DNA from: Prochlorococcus sp. AG-347-G20 | Lineage (GTDB): Bacteria > Cyanobacteriota > Cyanobacteriia > PCC-6307 > Cyanobiaceae | DNA length: 64,000 bases | NCBI GenBank assembly: GCA_003281645.1 | Contig: QCBJ01000003.1 | Location: 17,796 to 81,795, forward strand | Reading direction: 5' to 3' | Part shown: one piece after another, positions 39,139-48,981 of the stretch | Numbering within the stretch: the stretch's first letter is position 1 | Layout: each line of letters opens with the position of its first letter | The notes under the pieces: generated by a model | The model's database searches: none | Told to the model about the DNA's origin: nothing | What the model saw: only the letters and a program-made list of their open reading frames with translations | Position numbers and translations under genes: made by a program

Positions 39139-40521
39139 TTAATTAGCTAAATTCCTAAATCTCGTAAATTGAGGTTCAAATAATAATTTAACAGTTCCTA
39201 CGGGTCCATTTCTATGTTTAGTGACAATGATTTCTGTAATTCCTCTATCTTCAGTCTCCGGATTATAGTATTCATCTCTATAAATCATTAATACTAAATC
39301 TGCGTCTTGTTCAATAGATCCTGATTCTCTTAGATCACTTAACATTGGTCTTTTATTTGTTCTAGACTCAACCCCTCTACTAAGTTGAGATAAAGCTACT
39401 ACTGGTACTTTTAATTCTCTGGCCATGCTTTTGAGACCTCTTGTTATTCGTGAAAGTTCTTGCACTCTATTATCAGGGGTTGATCCTTCCATCAACTGCA
39501 GATAATCAATCACAATTAATCCAAGTTCTTTTTTTTGTTCAGCTATTAATCTTCTGCACAGAGATCTCATCTCTAGAACACTTAAGTTAGGCTTGTCATC
39601 TATAAATATTGGTAATTGACCTAATGAATTGATACCTTCTCCGAGTAATGGCCATTCATCTTGCTGTAATCTTCCTGTTCTTAGCCTGCCACTTTCGATT
39701 CCCACTTCCATAGAGAGTAGTCTATATGTCAACTGTTCTTTACTCATTTCAAGGCTAAATACACACACAGGTAAATCTTGAGATTGTGCAACATTTTTAG
39801 CCAGATTAAGAACTATTGAAGTTTTCCCCATTGAAGGTCTTCCAGCAACAATTATTAAATCACTTCTTTGAAAACCTTGAGTCATAGCATCAAGATCGTA
39901 GAAATTAACAGGAATTCCAGCTACTGAAGTACCTAATGATCTTGACTCTATTTCATTAAAAGTACTTGTAAGGATTTCAGCTGCTTGAGTCAGACCTTTT
40001 GAAGGTTTTTCTTGACTGATTTCAAATATTTTTTGCTCTGCTTTATCCAGAACTTCATTAGTATCTTGAGTTTGATCAAAACCTAGTTGAACCACTTCAT
40101 TCCCAGATTTAATAAGTTGCCTTCTCATAAATTTGTCGTTAATTAAATTAGCAACTTGTTCTATGGAAGCTGTAGAGGAGACATTTTCAACGAGTTCTAC
40201 CAGTTTGCTGTTTCCTCCAATTTTTTCTAGTGATCCATTATCTGCTAACCAAGCACTCATTGATGTTAAATCAGTTGGTTTTCCCTGGGTATGTAACATT
40301 AATGCTGTTCTATAAATCTCTTGATGGGCATTTATATAAAAAGCTTCAGGTTTAATTAAGTCAGCAATTCTTCCGATCGCGTCTGGATCAAGAAGTATGC
40401 CACCAAGAACAGCTTCCTCTGCTTGAACGTTTTGAGGAGGAACTAATCCAGCATTTTCACTATTAAACTCCTTTTTAAAATTTTTATTTTGCCCATTATT
40501 TGGAAAAGGTACGGAAACCAT
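39139..40521 (-). CDS. dnaB: Replicative DNA helicase (no intein)
   Basis: AGRPSMGKT, DYLQLM, SQLSR, DLRESGSIEQDAD, KHRNGP. Confidence 0.98.
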   Translation of the reverse strand: MVSVPFPNNGQNKNFKKEFNSENAGLVPPQNVQAEEAVLGGILLDPDAIGRIADLIKPEAFYINAHQEIYRTALMLHTQGKPTDLTSMSAWLADNGSLEKIGGNSKLVELVENVSSTASIEQVANLINDKFMRRQLIKSGNEVVQLGFDQTQDTNEVLDKAEQKIFEISQEKPSKGLTQAAEILTSTFNEIESRSLGTSVAGIPVNFYDLDAMTQGFQRSDLIIVAGRPSMGKTSIVLNLAKNVAQSQDLPVCVFSLEMSKEQLTYRLLSMEVGIESGRLRTGRLQQDEWPLLGEGINSLGQLPIFIDDKPNLSVLEMRSLCRRLIAEQKKELGLIVIDYLQLMEGSTPDNRVQELSRITRGLKSMARELKVPVVALSQLSRGVESRTNKRPMLSDLRESGSIEQDADLVLMIYRDEYYNPETEDRGITEIIVTKHRNGPVGTVKLLFEPQFTRFRNLAN

Positions 40522-40579
40522 ATCTTTAATTGCTTAGATATATACTCTGGCTACTTTTCAAAATAATGCAACAAATTGA

Positions 40580-41035
40580 TTAACTTGTTACTTCAATATT
40601 TACTTCTGCATTTACTTCTGGATGTAATTTTATTTTTGCAGTAAAGGAACCTAAATTATGAATATCAGGAACAGTAATGTTTCTTCTATCTATTTCTTTT
40701 TTAGTAGCCGCTTCTATCACTTCGGCAACATCACCATTGGTAACTGTTCCAAAAAGGACACCATCTTCTCCAACCTGTTTTTTGATAGTGAACCTACCTA
40801 TTGTAGATAATGCAGTTTGAAAATCTAGAGCTTCTTGCTTTAATTTATCAGCAGCGATTTTTTCTTTTTCTTTCTTCCTTTCAATTTGTTTAAGGACAGC
40901 TGGTGTTACATTCATTGCCTTGCCATAAGGTAATAGAAAATTTCTTGCATATCCAGGTGCTACTTCAACTAAATCTCCTTCTTTACCCAGTGATGCGATT
41001 GATTCAGTTAATGCGACTTGTACTCTTTTAGCCAT
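40580..41035 (-). CDS. rplI: 50S ribosomal protein L9
   Basis: [27 protein letters not shown]; start taken as the ATG at 41035. Confidence 0.97.
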   Translation of the reverse strand: MAKRVQVALTESIASLGKEGDLVEVAPGYARNFLLPYGKAMNVTPAVLKQIERKKEKEKIAADKLKQEALDFQTALSTIGRFTIKKQVGEDGVLFGTVTNGDVAEVIEAATKKEIDRRNITVPDIHNLGSFTAKIKLHPEVNAEVNIEVTS

Positions 41036-41055
41036 GAAAATATTAAACAATATAT

Positions 41056-41994
41056 CTAATAATACGACCTAGAGGGTAACTTTACTTTTTTTGCAAGACC
41101 AAATTTCGCAAGAATCTTAATATGTTCCCATGTTATATCTATCTGACCTCTAAATAATCCTTGTTTTGCAGAATTGGGAAATGCATGATGATTGTTATGC
41201 CAACCTTCTCCAAAGGTTAATGCAGCAACCCACGCATTATTTTTTGATGAATCACCACTTTCAAATGGTGCTTTACCCCAACAATGCGTCGCGGAGTTTA
41301 CTAGCCAAGTTATATGATAAACAACCACAAGCCTCAATGGGATTCCCCAAAGGACTAGAGCCCATCCTCCAACTCCTAATTTTTGACCTATTGCGTACAA
41401 AGAAAGTCCAATAGGAATTTGTAAGAGTAAAAAATATTTATTTAAAAATCTATAGTATGGATCCTTAATTAAATCTGCACTTAGTTTTGGAACAGCTTTT
41501 AGTGCTTCTACATCTTTAAACATCCAACCCATATGACTCCACCAAAACCCTTTTTTACTATTGTGATGATCTACTTCAGTATCTGAAAAAGAGTGGTGAT
41601 GCCTATGTAAGCCTACCCAATCTATCGGTCCATGCTGGCAACTTATAGCTCCACAGGTAGCAAAAAATCTTTCTAACCATCTTGGTACAACGAACGATCT
41701 GTGTGATAACAATCTGTGATATCCAAGGGTGACTCCTAAACAAGCAGTTACCCAGTAAAAAAATAATAATGAAGTGACTGCAGGGAGACTCCAAAATTTT
41801 GGTTGTAAAGCTACAAGGGAAAGAATATGTATTGCAACCATAAAAACTATTGTTCCCCACGTTTTATGTAGTCTTGGAGGATATCTTTTTGAATGACTGG
41901 AAGGTTCCAGTAATTTTTCTGAGAGTTCTATAACTTTTTCAGTTGGAACAGGTTTTTTTAATTTTGCTGTTTCTTGGAAAATTACTGAATTCAT
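41056..41994 (-). CDS. desC: Acyl-lipid delta-9 desaturase
   Basis: His boxes HRLLSH, HRHHH, HNNHH; GEGWHNNHH signature of delta-9 desaturases. Confidence 0.9.
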   Translation of the reverse strand: MNSVIFQETAKLKKPVPTEKVIELSEKLLEPSSHSKRYPPRLHKTWGTIVFMVAIHILSLVALQPKFWSLPAVTSLLFFYWVTACLGVTLGYHRLLSHRSFVVPRWLERFFATCGAISCQHGPIDWVGLHRHHHSFSDTEVDHHNSKKGFWWSHMGWMFKDVEALKAVPKLSADLIKDPYYRFLNKYFLLLQIPIGLSLYAIGQKLGVGGWALVLWGIPLRLVVVYHITWLVNSATHCWGKAPFESGDSSKNNAWVAALTFGEGWHNNHHAFPNSAKQGLFRGQIDITWEHIKILAKFGLAKKVKLPSRSYY

Positions 41995-42069
41995 GATATT
42001 GAAATACTATTTTCAAAATTACCGATATGTAATATTATCATACTATACTATTGATAAGATTGATTATCT

Positions 42070-42762
42070 GTGAGTCTCGGATATCGCGATAAATTATCTA
42101 GAGGTCGAAGGGCTATGGCTCATTTGATACACCTCTGGCATGAAAGAAATGGTTGGTCTCACAGAGTATTGCCATTACTTTCAGAAGTTCTTGATTTAGG
42201 TAAAGTTCATAATTCGCAAATTTCTAATCTTAGAAATGGGAAGTTATCTTCGCCAGGCCCTGAAGTTTTTCTTGCTTTAGCTCAAGTTAATACGATTCTT
42301 GATCAAGGCATTGAAAAAATCAGGGATCGTTTTGAAAGTGATTACCCAGAGTTATGGAAATCTTTGGAAGAGTCCGCATTACCCCTAAAAAATGATTCTG
42401 GTGATCCATTGTCGGCCGGGGAGTTATTCGAGATATTTTCAGGATTAAAACCTTTACCTTCATCCTTTGACTGGTACATAGAAGATGAAGAAGCCTCCGC
42501 TTTAAGTGATGCTCTTTCAGTGCATTTTTGTCAGAATAAGGCTTGGAGATCATGTAAAATGCAGGTAATGGAAGCCTATGCTGTCAATAAATCTGCCCGC
42601 AGAGAACGTTTTGCTGAGGTAATTGCAGGAATTAGAGATTATACGGCAGAAGAATTAGATGGAGAACTTCTTGATTTATATGAGGCTTCAAAAAAACTTT
42701 CTTATTTTCAGGGTAGAGGACCTAATGCTTTCCTCGCAGAATTAAGAAATTTAGCTTCTTAA
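42070..42762 (+). CDS. Conserved hypothetical protein with a possible XRE/Cro-type HTH
   Basis: GWSHRVL...VHNSQISNLRNGKLSSPGPEVFLALA resembles an XRE helix-turn-helix; GTG start. Confidence 0.6.
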   Translation: MSLGYRDKLSRGRRAMAHLIHLWHERNGWSHRVLPLLSEVLDLGKVHNSQISNLRNGKLSSPGPEVFLALAQVNTILDQGIEKIRDRFESDYPELWKSLEESALPLKNDSGDPLSAGELFEIFSGLKPLPSSFDWYIEDEEASALSDALSVHFCQNKAWRSCKMQVMEAYAVNKSARRERFAEVIAGIRDYTAEELDGELLDLYEASKKLSYFQGRGPNAFLAELRNLAS

Positions 42763-42786
42763 AAATAACATTAATTTTCATTATAA

Positions 42787-44080
42787 ATGACTCTTGACAA
42801 AAACTTAAAACTGGCTGAAAACGCTGTTCTTTCTGTTGAAGAGAGTTTAAGTAAAGTCTTCCAAGAAAGGTCTAATCAGGTTTTCCAGAAATTAGAAAAT
42901 ATTTTGACAATTTTTAAGGAAGAAAAAGTTTCTACTAGTCATTTCAATCAATCTTCTGGTAGTGGTCATGATGATATATCTAGAGAAAAAATTGATGCGG
43001 TTTTTGCAAGATTGTTTCTTGCTGAAAAGGCTGCTGTGAGGATGCAATTTGTAAGTGGAACGCATGCAATAAGTTCTGTCTTATTTGGAATACTTCGACC
43101 TGGAGATGTAATGTTATCTATCACAGGACAACCATATGACACGTTAGAAGAAGTCATAGGAATAAGGGGAGGAGGAAAAGGCTCACTTAAAGATTTTGAT
43201 ATTGAATATAAGCAAATAAATATCTGCGAGAATTTTGATTCTTTTGAAGAACAAATTGTTCATTCTTTTGAAGAAAATACATGCAAATTAGTATTCATAC
43301 AAAAAAGTTGTGGATATAGTTGGAGAAAGTCTCTTACGAATCATCAGATAGAGAAAATTTGTAGTCTTATTCATTCCCTTGATCCTAATTGTATATGTTT
43401 TGTTGATAACTGTTATGGGGAGCTTGTTGAAGATAGTGAACCAATTTCTAAAGGAGCAAATATAATTGCAGGATCATTGATTAAAAATTTGGGAGGAACA
43501 ATTGTTCCAACTGGTGGGTACGTTGCAGGAGATGCAGAGTTGGTTGAGATGGCATGTTCTAGATTAACCTCACCAGGCATTGGTTCTTCTGCAGGAATAA
43601 ATTTTGGCCTAGGAAGATTAATTTTGCAGGGTTTGTTTTTAGCACCACAAATTGTTCACGAATCACTAAAAGGTGCTGATATGGTTGCAGCAGTCTTTAA
43701 AAATTTGGGATTTAAGGTTTTACCAGAGCCAGCAACTTATAGATCTGATCTTATTCAGTCAGTAAGATTGAATAATCCTGATTTGGTACAAAAAAGTTTG
43801 TCAATCTTTTCAAAATTCTTCACCAGTAGATTCTTTTCTGAATGTTGTTCCATCATCAATGGATGGATATGATTCAAAATTATTAATGGCAGGCGGTACT
43901 TTTATTGAAGGTAGTACAAGTGAATTTTCTGCTGATGCCCCTCTAAGAGATCCTTACAATATTTTTGTTCAAGGTGGTTCTCACATAGCTCACATCAAAA
44001 TTGCATTAATTCGATTATTATCTGAACTATTAGAGGAAAAATTAATTTCAAAGGATTCTCTACTTCCTTTATCTACTTAA
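42787..44080 (+). pseudogene. PLP-dependent methionine gamma-lyase / 'aluminium resistance' (YnbB-like) family gene, split by a +1 frameshift (real or sequencing error)
   Basis: VSGTHAI, VDNCYGE, GSLIKNLGG (PLP lysine). Removing one A from the A6 run at 43790-43795 joins ORFs 42787-43872 and 43859-44080 (QKVCQSFQNSSPVDS...MAGGTFIEGS). Confidence 0.85.
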
Positions 44081-44082
44081 TC

Positions 44083-44472
44083 ATGTCTTACAAGTTTCCA
44101 GACAACCTCAACTATGCTGATACTCATGAATATGTCTTGGAAGAAAATGGATTATTAAAAATTGGAGTTAGTGAATTCGCTATAGATCAATTAGGAGATA
44201 TTGTTTTTGTTGAATTAGCTGATGAAGGGGCGACTTTAGAGAAAGGCGAGACTTTTGGAACAATAGAATCAGTTAAGGCCGTAGAGGAAGTCTATCTGCC
44301 TTTTTCAGGAGAAATAGTATCTGTAAATGAAAGTGTTATTGAGAATCCTGAGCTTTTACAGAATGATCCGATTGGAGACGGTTGGTTAGTCATTTTGAAA
44401 CCAGAATCAAATGCATCGATTGCTGATTTGATGACTTCTGAGGAATATAAATTAAAGGTTGTACCAAAATAA
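44083..44472 (+). CDS. gcvH: Glycine cleavage system H protein
   Basis: LGDIVFVEL, IESVKA (lipoyl lysine). Confidence 0.97.
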   Translation: MSYKFPDNLNYADTHEYVLEENGLLKIGVSEFAIDQLGDIVFVELADEGATLEKGETFGTIESVKAVEEVYLPFSGEIVSVNESVIENPELLQNDPIGDGWLVILKPESNASIADLMTSEEYKLKVVPK

Positions 44473-44517
44473 GGCAAACTTTTTAAAAAGAGCTATTTTA
44501 AAGAAAAATATATTAAT

Positions 44518-47427
44518 ATGACATCCAAATTTGGGTCTGATTTGTTTATAGATAGGCATCTTGGGTTAGGAGATAATGATGAAAGAATCATGCTGAATAA
44601 GCTTGGTTTTAACAATATTGATCAATTTATAAATCAAGTTATTCCTGAAGATATTCAGCTTAAAGATAAATGTTCAGAAATATTGCCCCAAGGTTGTTCA
44701 GAAATTGAGGCTTTAAATGAATTAGAAGAGATTGCGAATAAAAATACTAAAATGAGATCACTTATAGGCCTTGGTTATTATGACAATCATATGCCTAAAG
44801 TAATCCAAAGACATGTTCTTGAAAATCCAAGGTGGTACACGTCTTATACTCCATATCAAGCAGAAATTGCACAAGGAAGATTAGAAGCTCTATTTAATTT
44901 TCAGACTATTGTTTGTGAACTAACAGGATTCCCTGTCGCCAATGCATCTTTGTTGGATGAGGGTACTGCTGCTGCAGAAGCTATGGCAATGAGTTTTGCT
45001 GCAAGAAAAAATAAATCTTCAAAAGTGTACTTAGTGGAGTCAAATGTTTTTGATCATACTTTTAATGTTCTACAAACCAGAGCAAAACCTTTGGGAATAT
45101 CCTTAAAACGCTTTACTCAAAGTAACCTTCCTAATCATGATGATGTTTTTGGAATGTTGTTGCAATTACCTGGTAAAAATGGAGAATTATATGATCCCAC
45201 ATTCTTAATATCCCAAGCACATAGATCAGAAATTATTGTTACGGCATGTATTGATCCACTAGCACAAGTTTTGATTAAACCAATTTCTGAATTTGGTGTC
45301 GATGTAGCAGTGGGAAGTATGCAAAGATTTGGAGTTCCATTGGGTTTTGGTGGCCCGCATGCAGCATATTTTGCTTGTAGTGAAAAATATAAAAGGCTGA
45401 TACCCGGAAGAATTGTTGGGCAAACTCTATCTAAAAATGGAGAAAAGTCTCTAAGACTAGCATTGCAAACAAGAGAGCAACATATTCGAAGGGAAAAGGC
45501 CACTAGTAATATTTGCACTGCTCAATCTTTGTTAGCCATAATTTCTTCTTTTTATGCTATTTATCATGGACCCTCTGGATTAACCCAAATTGCTAAGAGA
45601 TTAGTTGAGTTGAGAATAAATTTAGAATCAAGTTTAGCTGCTTTGGGTTTTGATATTCCTGATGGGATTAGATTTGATAGTGTTGATGTTTATTCTGAGC
45701 ACTCCCAGAGGATCCATAATGAAGCTCTAAAAAATGGCTATAACTTAAGAATTTTGCCGTTGGGATCAACTATTGAAAATTCAACTGGTTTTGGGATCTC
45801 TTTAGATGAGCTTAGTAATGAAAAAGAAATAAAAGATATTTTGATTTTCATAGCAAACCTAATAGAAAAAGAAGAAGATTTAGAGCAAATAAAATTTGAT
45901 AAAGAATTTCATCTTGAAAGTTTAGCTTTGAGATCCAGTGCATGGATGCAGCAAGATATATTCACAAATTACCAAAGTGAAACTGAATTAATGAGATATA
46001 TATTCCGACTTGCAGAAAAAGATTTTTCTTTGGTAGATGGGATGATGCCATTGGGAAGCTGTACCATGAAGTTAAATTCTGCAGCAGAGTTAAATCCAGT
46101 CTCTTGGGCTAATTTATCTTCCATTCATCCTTTTTCCCCACGAGATCAAACTAAGGGGTATTCAAAAATTATATCTGACCTAGAAAAATGGATAAGTGAG
46201 ATTGTTGGTTTAAAATCAGTTTCTTTTCAACCAAATGCAGGCTCTCAAGGAGAGTTTGCAGGTTTATTGGCAATAAATTCTTATTTTGAATCAAAAGGTG
46301 AACTGTTAAGAAAAAAATGTTTAATTCCAAAAAGTGCCCATGGAACAAATCCTGCTAGTGCAGTTATGGCAGGTTTTGAAGTTTTAACTGTTGAATGTGA
46401 TGACGAAGGAAATATTGATTTTGAAGATTTGTCAATCAAGGTCAAGAAATTTAATAACCAAATAGGGGCTCTTATGTTGACTTATCCCTCTACTCATGGA
46501 GTGTTTGAATTACAAATCAGAAAGATATGTGATTTAATTCACTCTGTGGGAGGATTTGTCTATTTAGATGGAGCAAATTTGAACGCTCAGGTTGGATTAT
46601 GTAAACCGGGGAATTATGGTGTTGATGTTTGTCATTTGAATTTACATAAAACATTCTGCATTCCACATGGAGGAGGAGGTCCAGGAGTAGGTCCAGTTGC
46701 TGCATCAGAAACTTTGAGCCCATTTCTTCCTACTCATTCTTTAATGGATAATAATTTATCTAATAGTTCCAATTACGTATCTTCTGCCAAGCATGGGAGT
46801 GCAAGTATTCTTCCAATAAGTTGGATGTATATAAAAATGGCTGGTCTTAGTGGTTTAAGAAAAGCAACTGCGCATGCAATTTTATCTGCAAATTATATTG
46901 CGCATTCTTTAAAGCATAAATTCAAGATTCTTTATAAAGGAAAAAATAATTTTGTCGCACATGAATGTATTTTAGATTTTAGGGATTTAAAATCCAAAAC
47001 TGGTTTGAGTGTAAATGATTTAGCTAAACGATTAATAGATTATAGTTTTCATGCCCCAACTATAAGTTGGCCTGTTCCAGAGACGATAATGATAGAGCCT
47101 ACTGAAAGTGAGAGTTTGGTTGAATTGGATAGATTTTGCGAAGCTATGCTATTGATTGGAGAAGAAATCAGCGAAATAGAAAAAAATGTTGCATTAAAGA
47201 ATAATAATGTAATAAGTAACTCTCCCCATACGCTGAAAGAGTTAATTGCTGATAATTGGCATTATCCTTATTCAAAAGAAAAAGCTTCTTTTCCTTATAA
47301 AACTCCAACTTCTATAAAGTTTTGGTCTTCAGTTTCAAGGATCAATAATGCATATGGCGATCGCAATTTAATTTGTTCTTGCAATGTAAATCAGGGCGAG
47401 ACTTTTGAAGAAAAAAAATGTGCTTAA
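44518..47427 (+). CDS. gcvP: Glycine dehydrogenase (decarboxylating), P protein
   Basis: YTPYQAEIAQGRLE, TREQHIRREKATSNICT, LNLHKTFCIPHGGGGPG. Confidence 0.98.
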   Translation: MTSKFGSDLFIDRHLGLGDNDERIMLNKLGFNNIDQFINQVIPEDIQLKDKCSEILPQGCSEIEALNELEEIANKNTKMRSLIGLGYYDNHMPKVIQRHVLENPRWYTSYTPYQAEIAQGRLEALFNFQTIVCELTGFPVANASLLDEGTAAAEAMAMSFAARKNKSSKVYLVESNVFDHTFNVLQTRAKPLGISLKRFTQSNLPNHDDVFGMLLQLPGKNGELYDPTFLISQAHRSEIIVTACIDPLAQVLIKPISEFGVDVAVGSMQRFGVPLGFGGPHAAYFACSEKYKRLIPGRIVGQTLSKNGEKSLRLALQTREQHIRREKATSNICTAQSLLAIISSFYAIYHGPSGLTQIAKRLVELRINLESSLAALGFDIPDGIRFDSVDVYSEHSQRIHNEALKNGYNLRILPLGSTIENSTGFGISLDELSNEKEIKDILIFIANLIEKEEDLEQIKFDKEFHLESLALRSSAWMQQDIFTNYQSETELMRYIFRLAEKDFSLVDGMMPLGSCTMKLNSAAELNPVSWANLSSIHPFSPRDQTKGYSKIISDLEKWISEIVGLKSVSFQPNAGSQGEFAGLLAINSYFESKGELLRKKCLIPKSAHGTNPASAVMAGFEVLTVECDDEGNIDFEDLSIKVKKFNNQIGALMLTYPSTHGVFELQIRKICDLIHSVGGFVYLDGANLNAQVGLCKPGNYGVDVCHLNLHKTFCIPHGGGGPGVGPVAASETLSPFLPTHSLMDNNLSNSSNYVSSAKHGSASILPISWMYIKMAGLSGLRKATAHAILSANYIAHSLKHKFKILYKGKNNFVAHECILDFRDLKSKTGLSVNDLAKRLIDYSFHAPTISWPVPETIMIEPTESESLVELDRFCEAMLLIGEEISEIEKNVALKNNNVISNSPHTLKELIADNWHYPYSKEKASFPYKTPTSIKFWSSVSRINNAYGDRNLICSCNVNQGETFEEKKCA

Positions 47428-47556
47428 AGGACTAGCGTCTTTATATTTACTTAGTTATTATCAGTGAGAATAAAAATTTAATATTTTCTTATAGAATTTT
47501 TTTAAATTTTTTTATTACAATATTCGAGCATCAAATTTTTTGGGGTATTTGAAGCT

Positions 47557-47805
47557 ATGACCAAAGATTCTAATTCTGGTAATGTTACGAACCTGCCAGT
47601 TAAAAACGTCAACTTACCAAATTTTGTTACCAATTCTTCAGGAGATAACTCAAATATTTGTTCAATTGAGGGAACTAATGTTATCAGAGTACCTTTTGGT
47701 AAAAAATTCTCTAAGAAAAAAAGACCTGAAAAAAATCAAAATATCGCTACTCTTATACTTCCTTTAACTTCATATAGTAATCCAACTCCTCCACACGTAG
47801 CATAA
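47557..47805 (+). CDS. Small hypothetical protein, 82 aa
   Basis: ATG-initiated ORF filling the gap between gcvP and sqdX; polar, no TM segment. Confidence 0.6.
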   Translation: MTKDSNSGNVTNLPVKNVNLPNFVTNSSGDNSNICSIEGTNVIRVPFGKKFSKKKRPEKNQNIATLILPLTSYSNPTPPHVA

Positions 47806-47820
47806 TAATCTAGATCAAAT

Positions 47821-48954
47821 TTAGTCTATTTCTTTGAGCGTATCTGAATAATAATTTTGCAGTTGTAACGTTGCTTGATTCCAATCCCATTTTTCTGCTT
47901 CGTTTCGTGCCTCTTTTCTCATAATTTCTCTTTTATCTTCATTTTCTAGAATTTTTTTTGTTGCTTCAATCAAACTTTGTACCCCATTATCTTTTTCATC
48001 TGGATCATATAAACAACCATTAATCCCATCGCTTATTATATCTGGAATCCCCCCCTTGTTGGCTCCGATAACTGGACATCCTGCGGCCATTGCTTCGAGT
48101 AAAACTAAACCAAGTGTTTCTGTACTAGAGGGAAATAAAAATATATCTCCAGAGGCATAGGCGCTAGCAAGTTCATCACCAGATAAATATCCTATGAAAT
48201 TAGTCTTGGTATTTTCGAAGATTTTTTCAAGCTGGTTTCTATACGGTCCGTCACCTACAAGTGCTAGACAAGCATTAGGGATACTTTCTAAGACTGGTTT
48301 AATTCTCTCAATTTGTTTTTCTGCTGATAATCTTCCTACATAAATCAATAAATAATTAGCTTCTTTATATTTTCCAAATAATTCATCTCTCATTTTCTCA
48401 CTTCTTAAATCTGGTCGGAAACTGTAAGTATCTACTCCTCTTTGCCAAAGAGCAGTCCTTTGAATACCTTTATCTTTTAATTCATTGACCATAGCTGTGG
48501 AAGTACACAAATTTAACAAGGCTTGATTATGAGCTGCTTTAAGTAATTCCCACAAAAGTGGCTCTAGCATTCCCATACCGTAATGTTCCAGATATTTCGG
48601 AAGATGAGTATGGTAGCTAGCAATTAAAGGAATATTATTAGTTTTCGCCAACCATATGCCACCTAAGCCAAGTACAGCTGGATTAACAACATGTATCAAA
48701 TCTGGATTAAATTTTTCTAACTTATCTGAGACTGCAGGACCTGGTAAACCAAGCTTCAACTCTGGGTATAAGGGTAATGGCATTGCAGCAACTCCCACTA
48801 CAGTTGCTCCCATATATGATTCTGGACACCCCTCTGGACAAAAAATTATAACTTCATCACCATTTTTTATTAAAAATTCAATTGTTTTAGTCAGTCTTGT
48901 GACTATGCCGTCAACTTTAGGTAAAAAAGTTTCAGTAAACAATGCAATTTTCAC
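47821..48954 (-). CDS. sqdX: Sulfoquinovosyldiacylglycerol synthase (GT4 glycosyltransferase)
   Basis: FTETFLPKVDG, SYHTH, ETLGLVLLEAMAAG; directly downstream of sqdB. Confidence 0.92.
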   Translation of the reverse strand: MKIALFTETFLPKVDGIVTRLTKTIEFLIKNGDEVIIFCPEGCPESYMGATVVGVAAMPLPLYPELKLGLPGPAVSDKLEKFNPDLIHVVNPAVLGLGGIWLAKTNNIPLIASYHTHLPKYLEHYGMGMLEPLLWELLKAAHNQALLNLCTSTAMVNELKDKGIQRTALWQRGVDTYSFRPDLRSEKMRDELFGKYKEANYLLIYVGRLSAEKQIERIKPVLESIPNACLALVGDGPYRNQLEKIFENTKTNFIGYLSGDELASAYASGDIFLFPSSTETLGLVLLEAMAAGCPVIGANKGGIPDIISDGINGCLYDPDEKDNGVQSLIEATKKILENEDKREIMRKEARNEAEKWDWNQATLQLQNYYSDTLKEID

Positions 48955-48981
48955 TTTCTTAAGATAACTATTTCAAAAATT

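Noticed and set aside
39139-40521. Intein in dnaB, as found in some cyanobacteria
   Set aside because: The 460-aa protein has contiguous helicase motifs and no insertion
47357-47364. HIP1 octamer GCGATCGC
   Set aside because: Only this one copy was noticed, inside gcvP; there is no enrichment, as expected for Prochlorococcus
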